Part shown: one piece after another, positions 9,071 to 18,664 of the stretch
Numbering within the stretch: position 1 is the stretch's first letter
How the letters are laid out: each line of letters opens with the position of its first letter
Origin: a virus
DNA: 59,071 nucleotides
Direction: 5' to 3' (one strand)
IMG/VR virus record: IMGVR_UViG_3300043496_000120
Location: 1 to 59,071 of that record
The notes under the pieces: generated by a model
What the model saw: only the letters and a program-made list of their open reading frames with translations
Databases searched by the model: none
Told to the model about the DNA's origin: nothing
Made by a program: the position numbers and the translations under genes

Positions 9071-9525
9071 GACTGCACCTCTTTTGAAACGGGGATGCTC
9101 AGTGTCACGCCGCGCTTGGTCATGCCATGCGCGACGAGCGCTTTGGTCGCCCGCTCCGTGTCGATGTTGGAATTCAGTGAAATGATGATCTCGCACACGC
9201 GCGGAATCGTGTGCGCCCAGGCGATGCCGAGCTTCAGCAGGTGCCGGCCAAGACCGGGCCTTTCACAGTAGATCAGGTCGTCGACCACCTGCCACTTCGA
9301 GGGCTGCCACCACATCGGCTGCGCCACGAGAATCAAGAAGCCGACGACTTGCTCTTTGTGGATCGCCACCGCGATGAACTCGGTGCGAGATTGTACGGCG
9401 CGCGTGAGGCGGTCGACTGCCGCGCGGAAGTCAATGCCGCTGTACGCGAACGCACCGCGCTGCATCAGGCGATGACCGACGTCGATGATCGCAGGGATGT
9501 CGCCGAGGCGCGCGCGCCGGATCAC
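9058..9525 (-). CDS. GNAT-family N-acetyltransferase (155 aa)
   Basis: GNAT-like layout with an RxxGxG-type acetyl-CoA loop (ERPGLGRHLL). Confidence 0.65.
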   Translation of the reverse strand: MIRRARLGDIPAIIDVGHRLMQRGAFAYSGIDFRAAVDRLTRAVQSRTEFIAVAIHKEQVVGFLILVAQPMWWQPSKWQVVDDLIYCERPGLGRHLLKLGIAWAHTIPRVCEIIISLNSNIDTERATKALVAHGMTKRGVTLSIPVSKEVQSWAA

Positions 9526-11426
9526 GGACCACCGCGCGACGGAATGAAGTCGTTGCCGCCCGAGTAGTTCGCGCCGCCGGTCGACTGGCCGGGCGAATTT
9601 CCGATCGGGTTGTTGTTCGTGAGCTGGTTGTTGTAGTCGACCGTGTTGCCGGTCGCGTTCTCGAAGTCGGTGTTCGAGCCGTACATCGCGATGCCGCCCT
9701 GCGACGTCGGCAAGCCCGAGCCGCCTTCATACGGCAGCACCGGAGGAGCGACCATCGTGTAGCCGCCCTGGCCGTAGCTCAGGTAATCGCCGTACTGCTG
9801 GTACGTCGGTCCGCCTGGGCCGGTGTTCGTGCTCGCGCCGTTCGAGCCCGACGTCACGTTCGCGCCGGCCTGGCCGCTGCCGAGCGAGTATGCCGGCGTC
9901 GTGTAGAACGAGTTCGTGAGCGACGCGTTCGTGTGATAGATGTCGGTGACCGTGCGGATCGCGTTCGCTTGCTGATCGCCAGTCAGGCCAGGCGTCGCGC
10001 CGATCTGGCCGACAGTGCCCATGAGCTGACGCAGGTTCGCGTTGCTCTCCGTGTTCATTTGGAGAGTGAGCTGCTGGCCGAACTGCTGATTTGAAACGAC
10101 CGTGTCGTGACGGATCGAGTTGTCCGTCGTGCGATCCGACATCTCCAGGCCGTGCGCCTGGCCTTGCTCGTTCAACGTCCACTGCGCCTGGAAATTCGCG
10201 TTGATCGAATCCATTGCGGTCTGACGCTGGATGTTCGCGCTCGCGAGCGCAGCGCCAGCGGAGATCGAGGCGGCCGCGCGCTGAGCGGCGGCACCGATCT
10301 GCGCGCTTGCGACCTGCGCGTTCGCGCCGATCGACGTCGCGCGAATCTGGCCGGCGATCTGCATCGAGACCGACTGGAGATTGCCCTGAATCTGTTGCGA
10401 CTGGAGCACCTGCGACTGCTGGTAATTCTGCGTCGAGAGGAGCGCCTGCTGCATGAACTGTCGGTTCGACAGCGCGAATTGATTCGCCGTCGACGCGTTG
10501 AACTCGGCCGAGCGCGCATACGTCGCGGCATCGGCGCTCGCAACCTGAAACGCCAGGTTGACCACGCCGTTGTACGCGGCGGTCTCCGCCATCAGCGAGT
10601 TCTCGCCGCCGTGCGAAGCCTGTGCGCGTTCGAGCGACGCGGCGAGAGACTGGTAAACCGGGTTCTCCTGCATGTGCCCGACGATCTGATCCATCTGGCC
10701 TTGCACGGTTTGATCGGCGGTGACGTCCCAATTCACCGGCTGCGTATCCGCGGCGGCGTCGACGCTGGAATTGTCCGGCGTGAACGTCGTGTCGGTCATC
10801 AGAAAATCGCCGGACGTGTTGCCCGTGCCGGTGTAGACGTCGCCCGGCTGCCAATCGCCGAGGTCTTCGCCCACAACGCCAGGATCGTCCGGCGTACCTT
10901 CGCCCGCGAGCCCGCCTTGACCGACGTAGCCCGTGCCAGGATCGCCCGTGCCGTAGTCATTCGGATAAGGTGGGCCACCGTAAAAGCCGCCGCCGGTCGT
11001 GCGGCTGCCGCCGTTGATCGGCGTGCCGTTTGCGTTGTACTGCTGCGAATACATCGCGCTGATCTGATCCGCGCTGTACCCGGCGGCCTGCATTTGCGAC
11101 TGCCACTGCGAATATCCAGCCGTTCCCATTGGCGCCGGGGGAGGCGTCATTGGCGCTGGTGAGTTGTCGCCTATCGGCTGGCCGGTGTCTCCCGACACTG
11201 GCGGTCCTGTGGGCGCAGGCGGTGACGTGCCCTGCGTTTCAGAATCGGAATCTGTTGACTGCGTCGTGTCGTCGGCGTTGTCGATGAAGTTGCCGGTCGA
11301 CGTGCTCTGCTGAGTCGGTGCCGGCGCCGTTGCATCCGGCGGAATAAACGACGAGTCGTCCTGCGACGCCGGCTGTGTAGCTGGCGCCTGCTGTTGCGTT
11401 GGATCGTAGAAGGCTGTGTCGGCCAT
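9522..11426 (-). CDS. low-complexity Q/G/T/S/N-rich virion protein (634 aa)
   Basis: ORF track; GAGGAA RBS; composition. Confidence 0.65.
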   Translation of the reverse strand: MADTAFYDPTQQQAPATQPASQDDSSFIPPDATAPAPTQQSTSTGNFIDNADDTTQSTDSDSETQGTSPPAPTGPPVSGDTGQPIGDNSPAPMTPPPAPMGTAGYSQWQSQMQAAGYSADQISAMYSQQYNANGTPINGGSRTTGGGFYGGPPYPNDYGTGDPGTGYVGQGGLAGEGTPDDPGVVGEDLGDWQPGDVYTGTGNTSGDFLMTDTTFTPDNSSVDAAADTQPVNWDVTADQTVQGQMDQIVGHMQENPVYQSLAASLERAQASHGGENSLMAETAAYNGVVNLAFQVASADAATYARSAEFNASTANQFALSNRQFMQQALLSTQNYQQSQVLQSQQIQGNLQSVSMQIAGQIRATSIGANAQVASAQIGAAAQRAAASISAGAALASANIQRQTAMDSINANFQAQWTLNEQGQAHGLEMSDRTTDNSIRHDTVVSNQQFGQQLTLQMNTESNANLRQLMGTVGQIGATPGLTGDQQANAIRTVTDIYHTNASLTNSFYTTPAYSLGSGQAGANVTSGSNGASTNTGPGGPTYQQYGDYLSYGQGGYTMVAPPVLPYEGGSGLPTSQGGIAMYGSNTDFENATGNTVDYNNQLTNNNPIGNSPGQSTGGANYSGGNDFIPSRGGP

Positions 11427-11441
11427 CGCAGGATTCCTCGG

Positions 11442-12251
11442 TTACATCATCTTCGGGCGCTGACGACCCTGGGCGAGCGTACCGCCGCCGCCACCGACCG
11501 GCTGAATCGACGGCTTCGGCGCGGGAGTCGGCGGCTTCATCGTCTGCGCACTTCCGACCGGGCCGGGCTTCGGCGCGACGACCGGCGGCATGCGCTGTCC
11601 GCCGGCACCAGGCTTCGGGTGCGACGAGTGACCCTGCTGCATTTGCTGCATGGCCCCGCGCGCCGCGTTCACAGCGCCAGGATTCGCGCCGCCGCCCGTG
11701 CGTGCGCCCATGCGCGACGCGATGCCGGTGAGCCCTGGCGAGCCTGCACCTGGCTTCTGCTGCGCGCGCATCGCGTTGAACGCCTTGACGCGATCCATCG
11801 TGCGCTGCGGACCACCAGGCCCGCCGATGTTGCCACCGAAGCGACCCTGGCCGCCGGCACCGATGCCGGGCTTGATCGGCGGCTTGCCGCCACCGAGCGG
11901 AACGCGGTTCGAGTCGGAGAAGCGAGCGCCGGGCTTCGGGCCGCCCTGCGGCGGTTTCGGACCACCCTGGGGCGGCTTCGTGCTGTACGCGCGGCCGCGC
12001 TGGTTCGCCGATGAAACCGGCTTGCCCTGCTGACGGCGGCCCTTCGCGATCTGGCCCGCGCCCTGCGGCGGCTTCGTGCCGGGGTTCTTCGGTCCCGATT
12101 GTGAAACGCCGAGACCTGCGACCGGCTTCGCGCCGCGCGCATCCATGTACGCTTTGATCTTTCCGCCGGAACCCGCGAGACCATCAGAGGCTCGCTGCCC
12201 GGCTGTTTGCGGCGGCTTCTGCGCCGGGGTGGTGCTGTAGCTATTCGCCAT
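11442..12251 (-). CDS. very basic G/P/K/Q-rich low-complexity protein (269 aa) with KPPQGGP repeats
   Basis: ORF track; GGAG RBS. Confidence 0.6.
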   Translation of the reverse strand: MANSYSTTPAQKPPQTAGQRASDGLAGSGGKIKAYMDARGAKPVAGLGVSQSGPKNPGTKPPQGAGQIAKGRRQQGKPVSSANQRGRAYSTKPPQGGPKPPQGGPKPGARFSDSNRVPLGGGKPPIKPGIGAGGQGRFGGNIGGPGGPQRTMDRVKAFNAMRAQQKPGAGSPGLTGIASRMGARTGGGANPGAVNAARGAMQQMQQGHSSHPKPGAGGQRMPPVVAPKPGPVGSAQTMKPPTPAPKPSIQPVGGGGGTLAQGRQRPKMM

Positions 12252-12555
12252 GACACGTCTCCGCGTTGATCCAGTCGATGAGGATGAGGATGTTGTTGCG
12301 CATCGTCGAGTACGCCTGCTGTGCTTCAGTCGCGAAGCTGCCGACCCACCGCGCCTGTTCTTGCGGGGTGAGTTGTTCGAGGTTTGCCGGCGGTGCTGGG
12401 AATGGCGGTGGGTTTCCCATCGCCGACTCCGGCTTTTGGCGCGGAGGTTTTGTTGCTGGGGTTGTCGCGATCGGCGGCGTTGGCTTCGTCTGAGATGCGA
12501 CGGAGCAACCCGACAAGATCAGGACTGAAAGAGCAAGTGCCAACAGAGATCGCAT
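12241..12555 (-). CDS. outer-membrane lipoprotein, o-spanin (Rz1-like), 104 aa
   Basis: signal peptide with lipobox LSGC and a Pro-rich mature region. ATG at 12555 with GAGGG RBS. It starts inside the i-spanin-like ORF in another frame. Confidence 0.65.
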   Translation of the reverse strand: MRSLLALALSVLILSGCSVASQTKPTPPIATTPATKPPRQKPESAMGNPPPFPAPPANLEQLTPQEQARWVGSFATEAQQAYSTMRNNILILIDWINAETCHGE

Positions 12556-12877
12556 ATAACGCCCTCGTGTTCGCTGCGAAAGCGAGCGCGTCGCGCTGCT
12601 GTTTCGTAGCGAGGTCCGCCAACCGTTGCGCATCGCCGTGTGCAAGCGTGCTGGCTTCGCGCAGTTGGTCTTCGAGGGCGTGGTTTGCGCCGGATAGGTC
12701 TGACTCGCGCTGCGCCGCGATGGAAGCGTTACACGTTGCGAGGTCTTTGGCGGCTGTTGCTGCCGCCGCGGCCCCATCCGCGGCACCCTTCCACGCGCCG
12801 ATCTTATACCCGCCGAGCGCAACAGCGCCAGATAGGGCGACGCCGACAGCCAGCTTGGCCCACAGTGGAATCAGCAT
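12326..12877 (-). CDS. i-spanin (Rz-like): N-terminal TM helix plus coiled coil, in overlapped architecture with the o-spanin
   Basis: GGAGG RBS; MLIPLWAKLAVGVALSGAVALGG TM segment followed by a helical charged region. Confidence 0.6.
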   Translation of the reverse strand: MLIPLWAKLAVGVALSGAVALGGYKIGAWKGAADGAAAAATAAKDLATCNASIAAQRESDLSGANHALEDQLREASTLAHGDAQRLADLATKQQRDALAFAANTRALYAISVGTCSFSPDLVGLLRRISDEANAADRDNPSNKTSAPKAGVGDGKPTAIPSTAGKPRTTHPARTGAVGRQLRD

Positions 12878-12886
12878 GCTTGCCTC

Positions 12887-13678
12887 CTACGGCCGGATGA
12901 TGTCGACGACGAACGATCGCAGGACCGCCTTCACAGCGGCGGCCGCGGCGCCCATTTGGACGGAAAGCACGATGTCTCTCAGAGAGGCAGTTGTCGCCGT
13001 GATCGGCGCGATGTTGACCATCATGGAGCCGATGACTCCCTGCGCGCCACCGGGCACTCCGGCGGCCGCGCCCGAGGAGATGTTGCCGACCGTGAGCGTG
13101 CCGTTGCACTCCAGCGTGCCGGCTCCGCCGATCGCAGTGACGAGCAGATCGGCCGTGACCTCGAAGCCGCCATTGACGACGCCGTTCGGAACCGTGACGT
13201 TGCCGAGGAGCAGCAGCACCGCGCCATACCGGATGCGGAAAGTGAACGACACATTTGCGAGCGCGGTGCTCACAGTGCCGCGCGCATGCACGCGGATCAG
13301 CGAGCCGACCGTCAGGAAATTCGCAGCGATCGAGTTGACCGACGCGAACGCCGTGTCTGCCGTCGTATTTGAAACGGTGTTGCCGGCCGGCACGGTGCCG
13401 TCCGCGGTCGTCGTGTAATTGATGCCGCCAGGGAGATCGGATTGCACGATCGCGCGGAACGATGGCGCGCTCGGCAGACCGCTAACCGGCCCGGCCAGGA
13501 AAAAGCCAGAAGCGACGACGTCATCGAATGCGACCGGGTTGAAGAAATCCCACGAGTCGGCGATCAGGCCGCCGGCTTTTCTGAGGGACTGGCCGGCGGC
13601 GATCGGGGCGAGCTGGACGTCGCCGAGCACTTCGCTCGGCGCCATGCCGCGCAGTGCTGGGCGTGCCGCGCAGGTCAT
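12887..13678 (-). CDS. tail fibre/spike-like structural protein (263 aa)
   Basis: ATG at 13678 overlaps the upstream stop (ATGA). G/T/V/N-rich beta-like sequence. Confidence 0.45.
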   Translation of the reverse strand: MTCAARPALRGMAPSEVLGDVQLAPIAAGQSLRKAGGLIADSWDFFNPVAFDDVVASGFFLAGPVSGLPSAPSFRAIVQSDLPGGINYTTTADGTVPAGNTVSNTTADTAFASVNSIAANFLTVGSLIRVHARGTVSTALANVSFTFRIRYGAVLLLLGNVTVPNGVVNGGFEVTADLLVTAIGGAGTLECNGTLTVGNISSGAAAGVPGGAQGVIGSMMVNIAPITATTASLRDIVLSVQMGAAAAAVKAVLRSFVVDIIRP

Positions 13679-14067
13679 CCGTTCGTGTCGACCGAGTTGA
13701 TGACGATCGCGATGCTGCCGCCGCCGCCGATGACCGTCGTGATCGCCAGCTCGAACGCGTCGAAAAACCCGCTCACTTCCCAAGCCATGTTGTTGATCTT
13801 TGTGAAGTCGATAGTCTCGATTCCGATCATCGCCGAGCGTGACGGGCTCGTGTTCGTCATTGCCGGCTCGATGACCGGCTTTGCGCGCACCGAGAAAATA
13901 CCGCTCGTCACAACGCCGAAACGCACGACGGCGATGTAGTGCTTATCGCACCACTTGATGTCCGGTTTGCTCGCGCTGTACGCCGCGACTGCCGTCGCTC
14001 CGTCCGGCTTGATGATCGTCGTTACTCGACGTCGGACACGGGTGTCGCCTGCCGGCGTGGCGGCCAT
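13675..14067 (-). CDS. hypothetical structural protein (130 aa)
   Basis: ATG at 14067 overlaps the upstream stop (TAATG). Confidence 0.5.
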   Translation of the reverse strand: MAATPAGDTRVRRRVTTIIKPDGATAVAAYSASKPDIKWCDKHYIAVVRFGVVTSGIFSVRAKPVIEPAMTNTSPSRSAMIGIETIDFTKINNMAWEVSGFFDAFELAITTVIGGGGSIAIVINSVDTNG

Positions 14068-14834
14068 TACATCACCTCGTATCGAGCGGTGCCCGTGCAA
14101 ACGCACTGCTTGTGGACGTGGTCGACCGCGAATATCTGCGGCGACGCTGCGCCGTTGACGGTGTCGAGACCGCCAGCGCGGCCGATGGCGACCGAGCAGC
14201 CGGTGACCGGCGTGAATCCGAAACGGTCGCCGCGATTCGTCGGCAGATTGCGTAGCAACAGCGACGCACCGAACGCCGCGGCACTCGCGATGACGTCGAA
14301 ACCTTGAAACGCATTCTGCTCAGGAATGGCGATGGCCGCCGGGCCTGTGGTCGTCGACAGAGCTACCGGCGCATACGTGCCGATGTCGAGGCAAGCGATT
14401 GCCCAGCCGGTCGTGCCGCCGACCCACAGCAGCTCGATGTAGTCACCCGCTCCGTACAGGCGCGGCAAGATCGTGAGCGAACCCATGATCGGATCGCCGG
14501 CACCTGTGTCGCCTTGGATGTACGTCGCGGTGTGCCCGTTCAGCGTGGCGTAGCCCGCATTGAGGAGCTGGATGCGCACTGGCGGATCGCTGACGGTCGG
14601 GCTCGCCGGCATCATGATGATGATCGGGTTGCCGGTGTTCAGCGCGATCGTGTTGTCGACCAGGATGTTGCGCGACGTGCCGGCGCCGACCTGCATCGAC
14701 GCGGTCGCGACCTGAAGCAAGTCGATCGCGTTGAACGCGCTGACGATGCTGTTGTACTCGTTATTCGAGTCAGTCGGTTTCACCTGCTGAAACGCGGCAG
14801 CAGTCAGTGTCGGGACATAACGAGGGGCGGCCAT
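14067..14834 (-). CDS. tail-fibre-like structural protein (255 aa)
   Basis: ORF track; position in the tail module. Confidence 0.45.
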   Translation of the reverse strand: MAAPRYVPTLTAAAFQQVKPTDSNNEYNSIVSAFNAIDLLQVATASMQVGAGTSRNILVDNTIALNTGNPIIIMMPASPTVSDPPVRIQLLNAGYATLNGHTATYIQGDTGAGDPIMGSLTILPRLYGAGDYIELLWVGGTTGWAIACLDIGTYAPVALSTTTGPAAIAIPEQNAFQGFDVIASAAAFGASLLLRNLPTNRGDRFGFTPVTGCSVAIGRAGGLDTVNGAASPQIFAVDHVHKQCVCTGTARYEVM

Positions 14835-17152
14835 TATCTCAATCCTCTACGTGAGCGGAGCGCGGCCACGAACTCGATGGCCTGGATGGTGAAGGGGAGC
14901 GAGATGTTCGACGAGAATGTGAATATGAAGCTCACGCCGACGCCCTGCCCGCCGAGCTGCTTGCGCACGACGTTCTTGTTGCTCGGGCCATAGAACGCCT
15001 GGTTGTAGGCGGAGTAAGCCTGGTACTGGCCGCCAGCGAGATAGCGAGTAATGTTTTCCGGCTGCTCGATCGTGCGGTAGTCGGCGCCGTCGTCGTATTC
15101 GGCAGAGAATTTGAGATTCGTGTACGCGTCAGCGCCGAGCACGTCGACGAACATTTGCCGGTAGCGCTTTTCGAGCGCCTGGTTGTCCTGGCCGCGGTAG
15201 AACTGCGTCTGACACTTGCCGACGATGAAGCTGCCGCCGAACGATCCACCGCTGTCGTCTTGATACACGAAGCCGCTGTCGGAGCAAAACAGGATGCGCT
15301 CCGGCGGCTGGTTTGCTCCGCCGGTCGAGACCGTCGATGGACCGCTCCAGAAATTGTGCGGCGTGAGGCCGTAATCGCAATAGCCGATTCCCAGGCACTT
15401 GTCGCCGACGATGCAGATCGACAGGCATTTGCCGCTGTCGAAGTACAGGCGGTACATGCTGCGCTCGCGCGAGATCGTCGCCTCCGTGACGCCGGCCCCG
15501 TCACGCATGAGCGCGCGCAATAGGCCGTTCACGAGTGACGACTGCGACAGCGACGAGAAGTTGCCGAAGTCGTTCGACTGCGATTGCACCATCACGCCCT
15601 GATCGGTGAGGAACAGCGCCGCGCCCGTGAGCTTTGCCGCGGTGTACGCGTAGCCGCCTGCCTCCGCGTCGTTCCACCGGAGCTGAAAATTCTCGTTGAC
15701 GTCGCCGTAAATCTGGCCGGTGCGCGTGCGTGTCTGCACCATCAGCGTGCCGTTGACGTTCTCGACCAGGTTCTCGATGTCGTCGCCGGTCTGCCGCGTG
15801 TCGGCGCCTTGCACTGCCGTCCAATTCAACGGCGTCTGCAAACCCGAATGCTGAAGGCCGCCGCCGTCATAGCCGAGAAACAGGTGATCTGCCTGCACGG
15901 CCAGGTGCGTCGGGCGTTCCTGCGACGGAGCTGAAACGTTCCACACGAGCGCCGTCAGGCCAAGGCCCGTCAGGATCGGCGTCGTCGTCGTGCCATCGAA
16001 CTCGAACGCCGGGCCTTGCGCGCTCACGCCGTAGATGCGCTGGCCGCCGCCCGTGATGTTCGGCGGCTTGCCGCTGAAGTTCCACCGCCTGAAACGGTAA
16101 TTCGTCGGCGGTGTGACGCCACCCGAGCCGTCGCGCGGAAGGCGAAACGTCGTCTGCACCGCGCCGGCCGTGGGCGTCGACGCGACAGCCGCGCCCGCCC
16201 GGCGGATCACCTGCGCGTTGCCCCACGGTGCGCCAGCGCCCGCGATGTTGTTCGACATGAAGTAGCCGCACGCGTCGCCAGTGCCGGTCGTGCCGAACTG
16301 GATGATGACGCGGTTCACGGTCATCGTGATCGTGCCGGCGACGTTCGTGAGCACGTCACCTTCATTGATGTCGGTCGTGAGGTTCTGGAAAAAGACAATC
16401 GTGCTGCGCGGGACGATGACCCAGCTCGCGCCGCTCGATCTCCAGATGTCGCCGAAGCTGTCGGTCGATCCGTTGTTGCGGATCGCGTAGAGCTGGCCGT
16501 TGATGTCGAACACGCCGCACGCGCGGCCGGTGCCACTGGAGCCGCCCACCGGCTTGATGAGGCTCCGCGCGTAGTCGCGCGAGCGAGAGATGTACTGGCC
16601 GGCGAGCCCGACGTTGTCGAGCGACTGCATGTAATCGAAGGTGTTCGCCAGGATCGCGAACGGACCGATCGTGCTGTTGATCGTGGCGCCGGGATTGAAC
16701 GGCGCGAGATCGGACGGAGCGCCAGCGCCAGGCGCGCGCCAGTCCGCGGTGACGAAGCTCGGCAGCACCGCTGTCGCGATGATGTAGAGCTGCCCGGCAA
16801 TCGTTTCAAAACCAAGGAACGCGCAAAAATGGATGCCGTCGTTGATAATCACGAACGGCGATGTCGGCTTCGCGCCGGCCGCGCCGATGATCGCCGAGAC
16901 CTTGTACGCGATGTAGTAGAACGCGCTCGGCTGGCGCTGCCCGTCGACGGGCTCGAAACCACCCTTCGTGATGTAGCCGCCAGCGAAGTTTGGCTCGAAG
17001 TTCTGGCAATAGATCAGCGACCCGGCGTCACCATCCGACTGCGGCTGCTCGATATTGAGGCCGCCACTCAGAATGAAACGCTCGGAGAAATTGTTGTCCT
17101 GCTGCGGGAACCCGATCTTGCGACGGGTGCTGGCGATGTTGATGACGCCCAT
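14834..17152 (-). CDS. large tail/nozzle protein (772 aa; size and position like podovirus tail tubular protein B)
   Basis: ORF track; GAGGA RBS; gene order. Confidence 0.5.
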   Translation of the reverse strand: MGVINIASTRRKIGFPQQDNNFSERFILSGGLNIEQPQSDGDAGSLIYCQNFEPNFAGGYITKGGFEPVDGQRQPSAFYYIAYKVSAIIGAAGAKPTSPFVIINDGIHFCAFLGFETIAGQLYIIATAVLPSFVTADWRAPGAGAPSDLAPFNPGATINSTIGPFAILANTFDYMQSLDNVGLAGQYISRSRDYARSLIKPVGGSSGTGRACGVFDINGQLYAIRNNGSTDSFGDIWRSSGASWVIVPRSTIVFFQNLTTDINEGDVLTNVAGTITMTVNRVIIQFGTTGTGDACGYFMSNNIAGAGAPWGNAQVIRRAGAAVASTPTAGAVQTTFRLPRDGSGGVTPPTNYRFRRWNFSGKPPNITGGGQRIYGVSAQGPAFEFDGTTTTPILTGLGLTALVWNVSAPSQERPTHLAVQADHLFLGYDGGGLQHSGLQTPLNWTAVQGADTRQTGDDIENLVENVNGTLMVQTRTRTGQIYGDVNENFQLRWNDAEAGGYAYTAAKLTGAALFLTDQGVMVQSQSNDFGNFSSLSQSSLVNGLLRALMRDGAGVTEATISRERSMYRLYFDSGKCLSICIVGDKCLGIGYCDYGLTPHNFWSGPSTVSTGGANQPPERILFCSDSGFVYQDDSGGSFGGSFIVGKCQTQFYRGQDNQALEKRYRQMFVDVLGADAYTNLKFSAEYDDGADYRTIEQPENITRYLAGGQYQAYSAYNQAFYGPSNKNVVRKQLGGQGVGVSFIFTFSSNISLPFTIQAIEFVAALRSRRGLR

Positions 17153-17161
17153 GTGTGATCC

Positions 17162-17983
17162 TCAGCCGAACGGGTCGATCTGTTGCGGGATGTCGTCCTG
17201 CGATGCCCAATCGCCCTCCTGGCCCGGCAGCGCGATCGACTGCATCTCTTTCAGACAGTCCTCGTACTCGGCCATCGAGCCTTGCATGACCTCCATCGCG
17301 CCTTCCGCCTCGGCGTAGATCATTTTCGCGCGGCAGATAATGATGCGGCCGTCGTAGTCGCGCTCGTTCGCCGCGCTCGCGCTTTGGTACGACATCACGA
17401 CCTGATCGCCGAGATTCGCCGAAGCGAGAATCTTGTTCATCGGGTGCGACGACATGTAGCGCACGATAGGTGAAACGTCGGCGTCCGACTTCATGCGGTA
17501 CGCCTGGGCGAAACCCTCGATCTGATACGGCGTCGCGCCGCTCACCGGGTTCGAGAGATAGATGCGCCGATTCGGCGAGACCGAGAATGCCTCCGGCGTC
17601 GCGACGAAGGTCGTCGACGACGTCGTGCTCAGGTACAGCCGCACGAACTCGCGCCAGTCGACGAAGCGCGGCGTGTACGCCTGCGTCGTGCCAGGGAACA
17701 GCACGAGCGATCCGCGATCGAACAGACGGAAGACGTAGGAGTCGACCTTGTAGCTCGGGAGCGAAAGCTGGCCGCCGGTGACGATCTGTCCGGTGTACTG
17801 GCGCCACAGGAAATTCCAGTTGTTGTAGAGCGACTGGATGCGCAGATCGGCATCGGCGACGAAACCAGCAACACGGAGCGCTTCTTTCGTGTTGTCGGCC
17901 GCGCCGATGCCGGCGAGCTGCCTGCCGCCATTGATGCCCAATTCGAGGATTAGAGCGTTGACCAGGTCGAGATTGGTCATCAT
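17162..17983 (-). CDS. tail/adaptor protein (273 aa; position like tail tubular protein A)
   Basis: ORF track; gene order. Confidence 0.45.
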   Translation of the reverse strand: MMTNLDLVNALILELGINGGRQLAGIGAADNTKEALRVAGFVADADLRIQSLYNNWNFLWRQYTGQIVTGGQLSLPSYKVDSYVFRLFDRGSLVLFPGTTQAYTPRFVDWREFVRLYLSTTSSTTFVATPEAFSVSPNRRIYLSNPVSGATPYQIEGFAQAYRMKSDADVSPIVRYMSSHPMNKILASANLGDQVVMSYQSASAANERDYDGRIIICRAKMIYAEAEGAMEVMQGSMAEYEDCLKEMQSIALPGQEGDWASQDDIPQQIDPFG

Positions 17984-17998
17984 GGCGGTGGTTTCCTA

Positions 17999-18562
17999 TT
18001 ACTGAGCCGGTGCAGCACCCGCCGTAGCGTCGGCGATCGGGTCTTTCGTTTCAGCCGGTGAAACGGTCTTTGCGGCGGCCTTGACCGGCGCTGGCTGGCT
18101 CTTGCCGGCGGCTTCCATGCGATCGAGACGCGCCTTCAGCTCCTCGATCATGCGCCCGTTCGCGTTGATGATCTCGTCGCGATCGGCCAGCTCGCGCTCG
18201 TGCTGCTTGCGCTCGATGTCACTGAGGCCAGGATCGGCTTCGGTCTCGGCGGGCTCGCCGCGTGCGGCGTCCTGAGCGGCCTTCAGTGCGGCGATGCGGG
18301 ACTTGTCGCGGCGGATCGGCGGCGGTGCGAGCACGGTGTTCGGTGGCAGCACGGCCGGATCGAGCGTCGGCGTCAGGTCGTCGAGCACGTCTTCGTCGGG
18401 CGGCAGCGCATAGCCGTCGTTCGTCAGATCGTCGTCCTGCTGGATGACGTCGCGCGGGACCAGGATGCCGGCGGCCGTGTAGCTCTCGCCGCCCCAGCTC
18501 CAGACGCCGCGGCACGTGCCGTAGATTCGACTAGCATGGGTCTGTTGATTCGTATCGGACAT
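17999..18562 (-). CDS. hypothetical structural protein with a coiled coil (187 aa)
   Basis: ORF track; GAGGAG RBS. Confidence 0.55.
   Translation of the reverse strand: MSDTNQQTHASRIYGTCRGVWSWGGESYTAAGILVPRDVIQQDDDLTNDGYALPPDEDVLDDLTPTLDPAVLPPNTVLAPPPIRRDKSRIAALKAAQDAARGEPAETEADPGLSDIERKQHERELADRDEIINANGRMIEELKARLDRMEAAGKSQPAPVKAAAKTVSPAETKDPIADATAGAAPAQ
18047..18065. repeat. perfect palindrome CGTTTCA-GCCGG-TGAAACG (inverted pair of the genome-wide 7-mer)
   Basis: read directly. Confidence 0.9.
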
Positions 18563-18664
18563 CTTCGCTGAACTCCTCTAAGGCTTCACCATCGACGAAA
18601 ACGAGGCCGTCCGCCGCGACAGTTCGAGGAGACTCGATGTCGGCCGGATACTCCCGCTCCAGAA

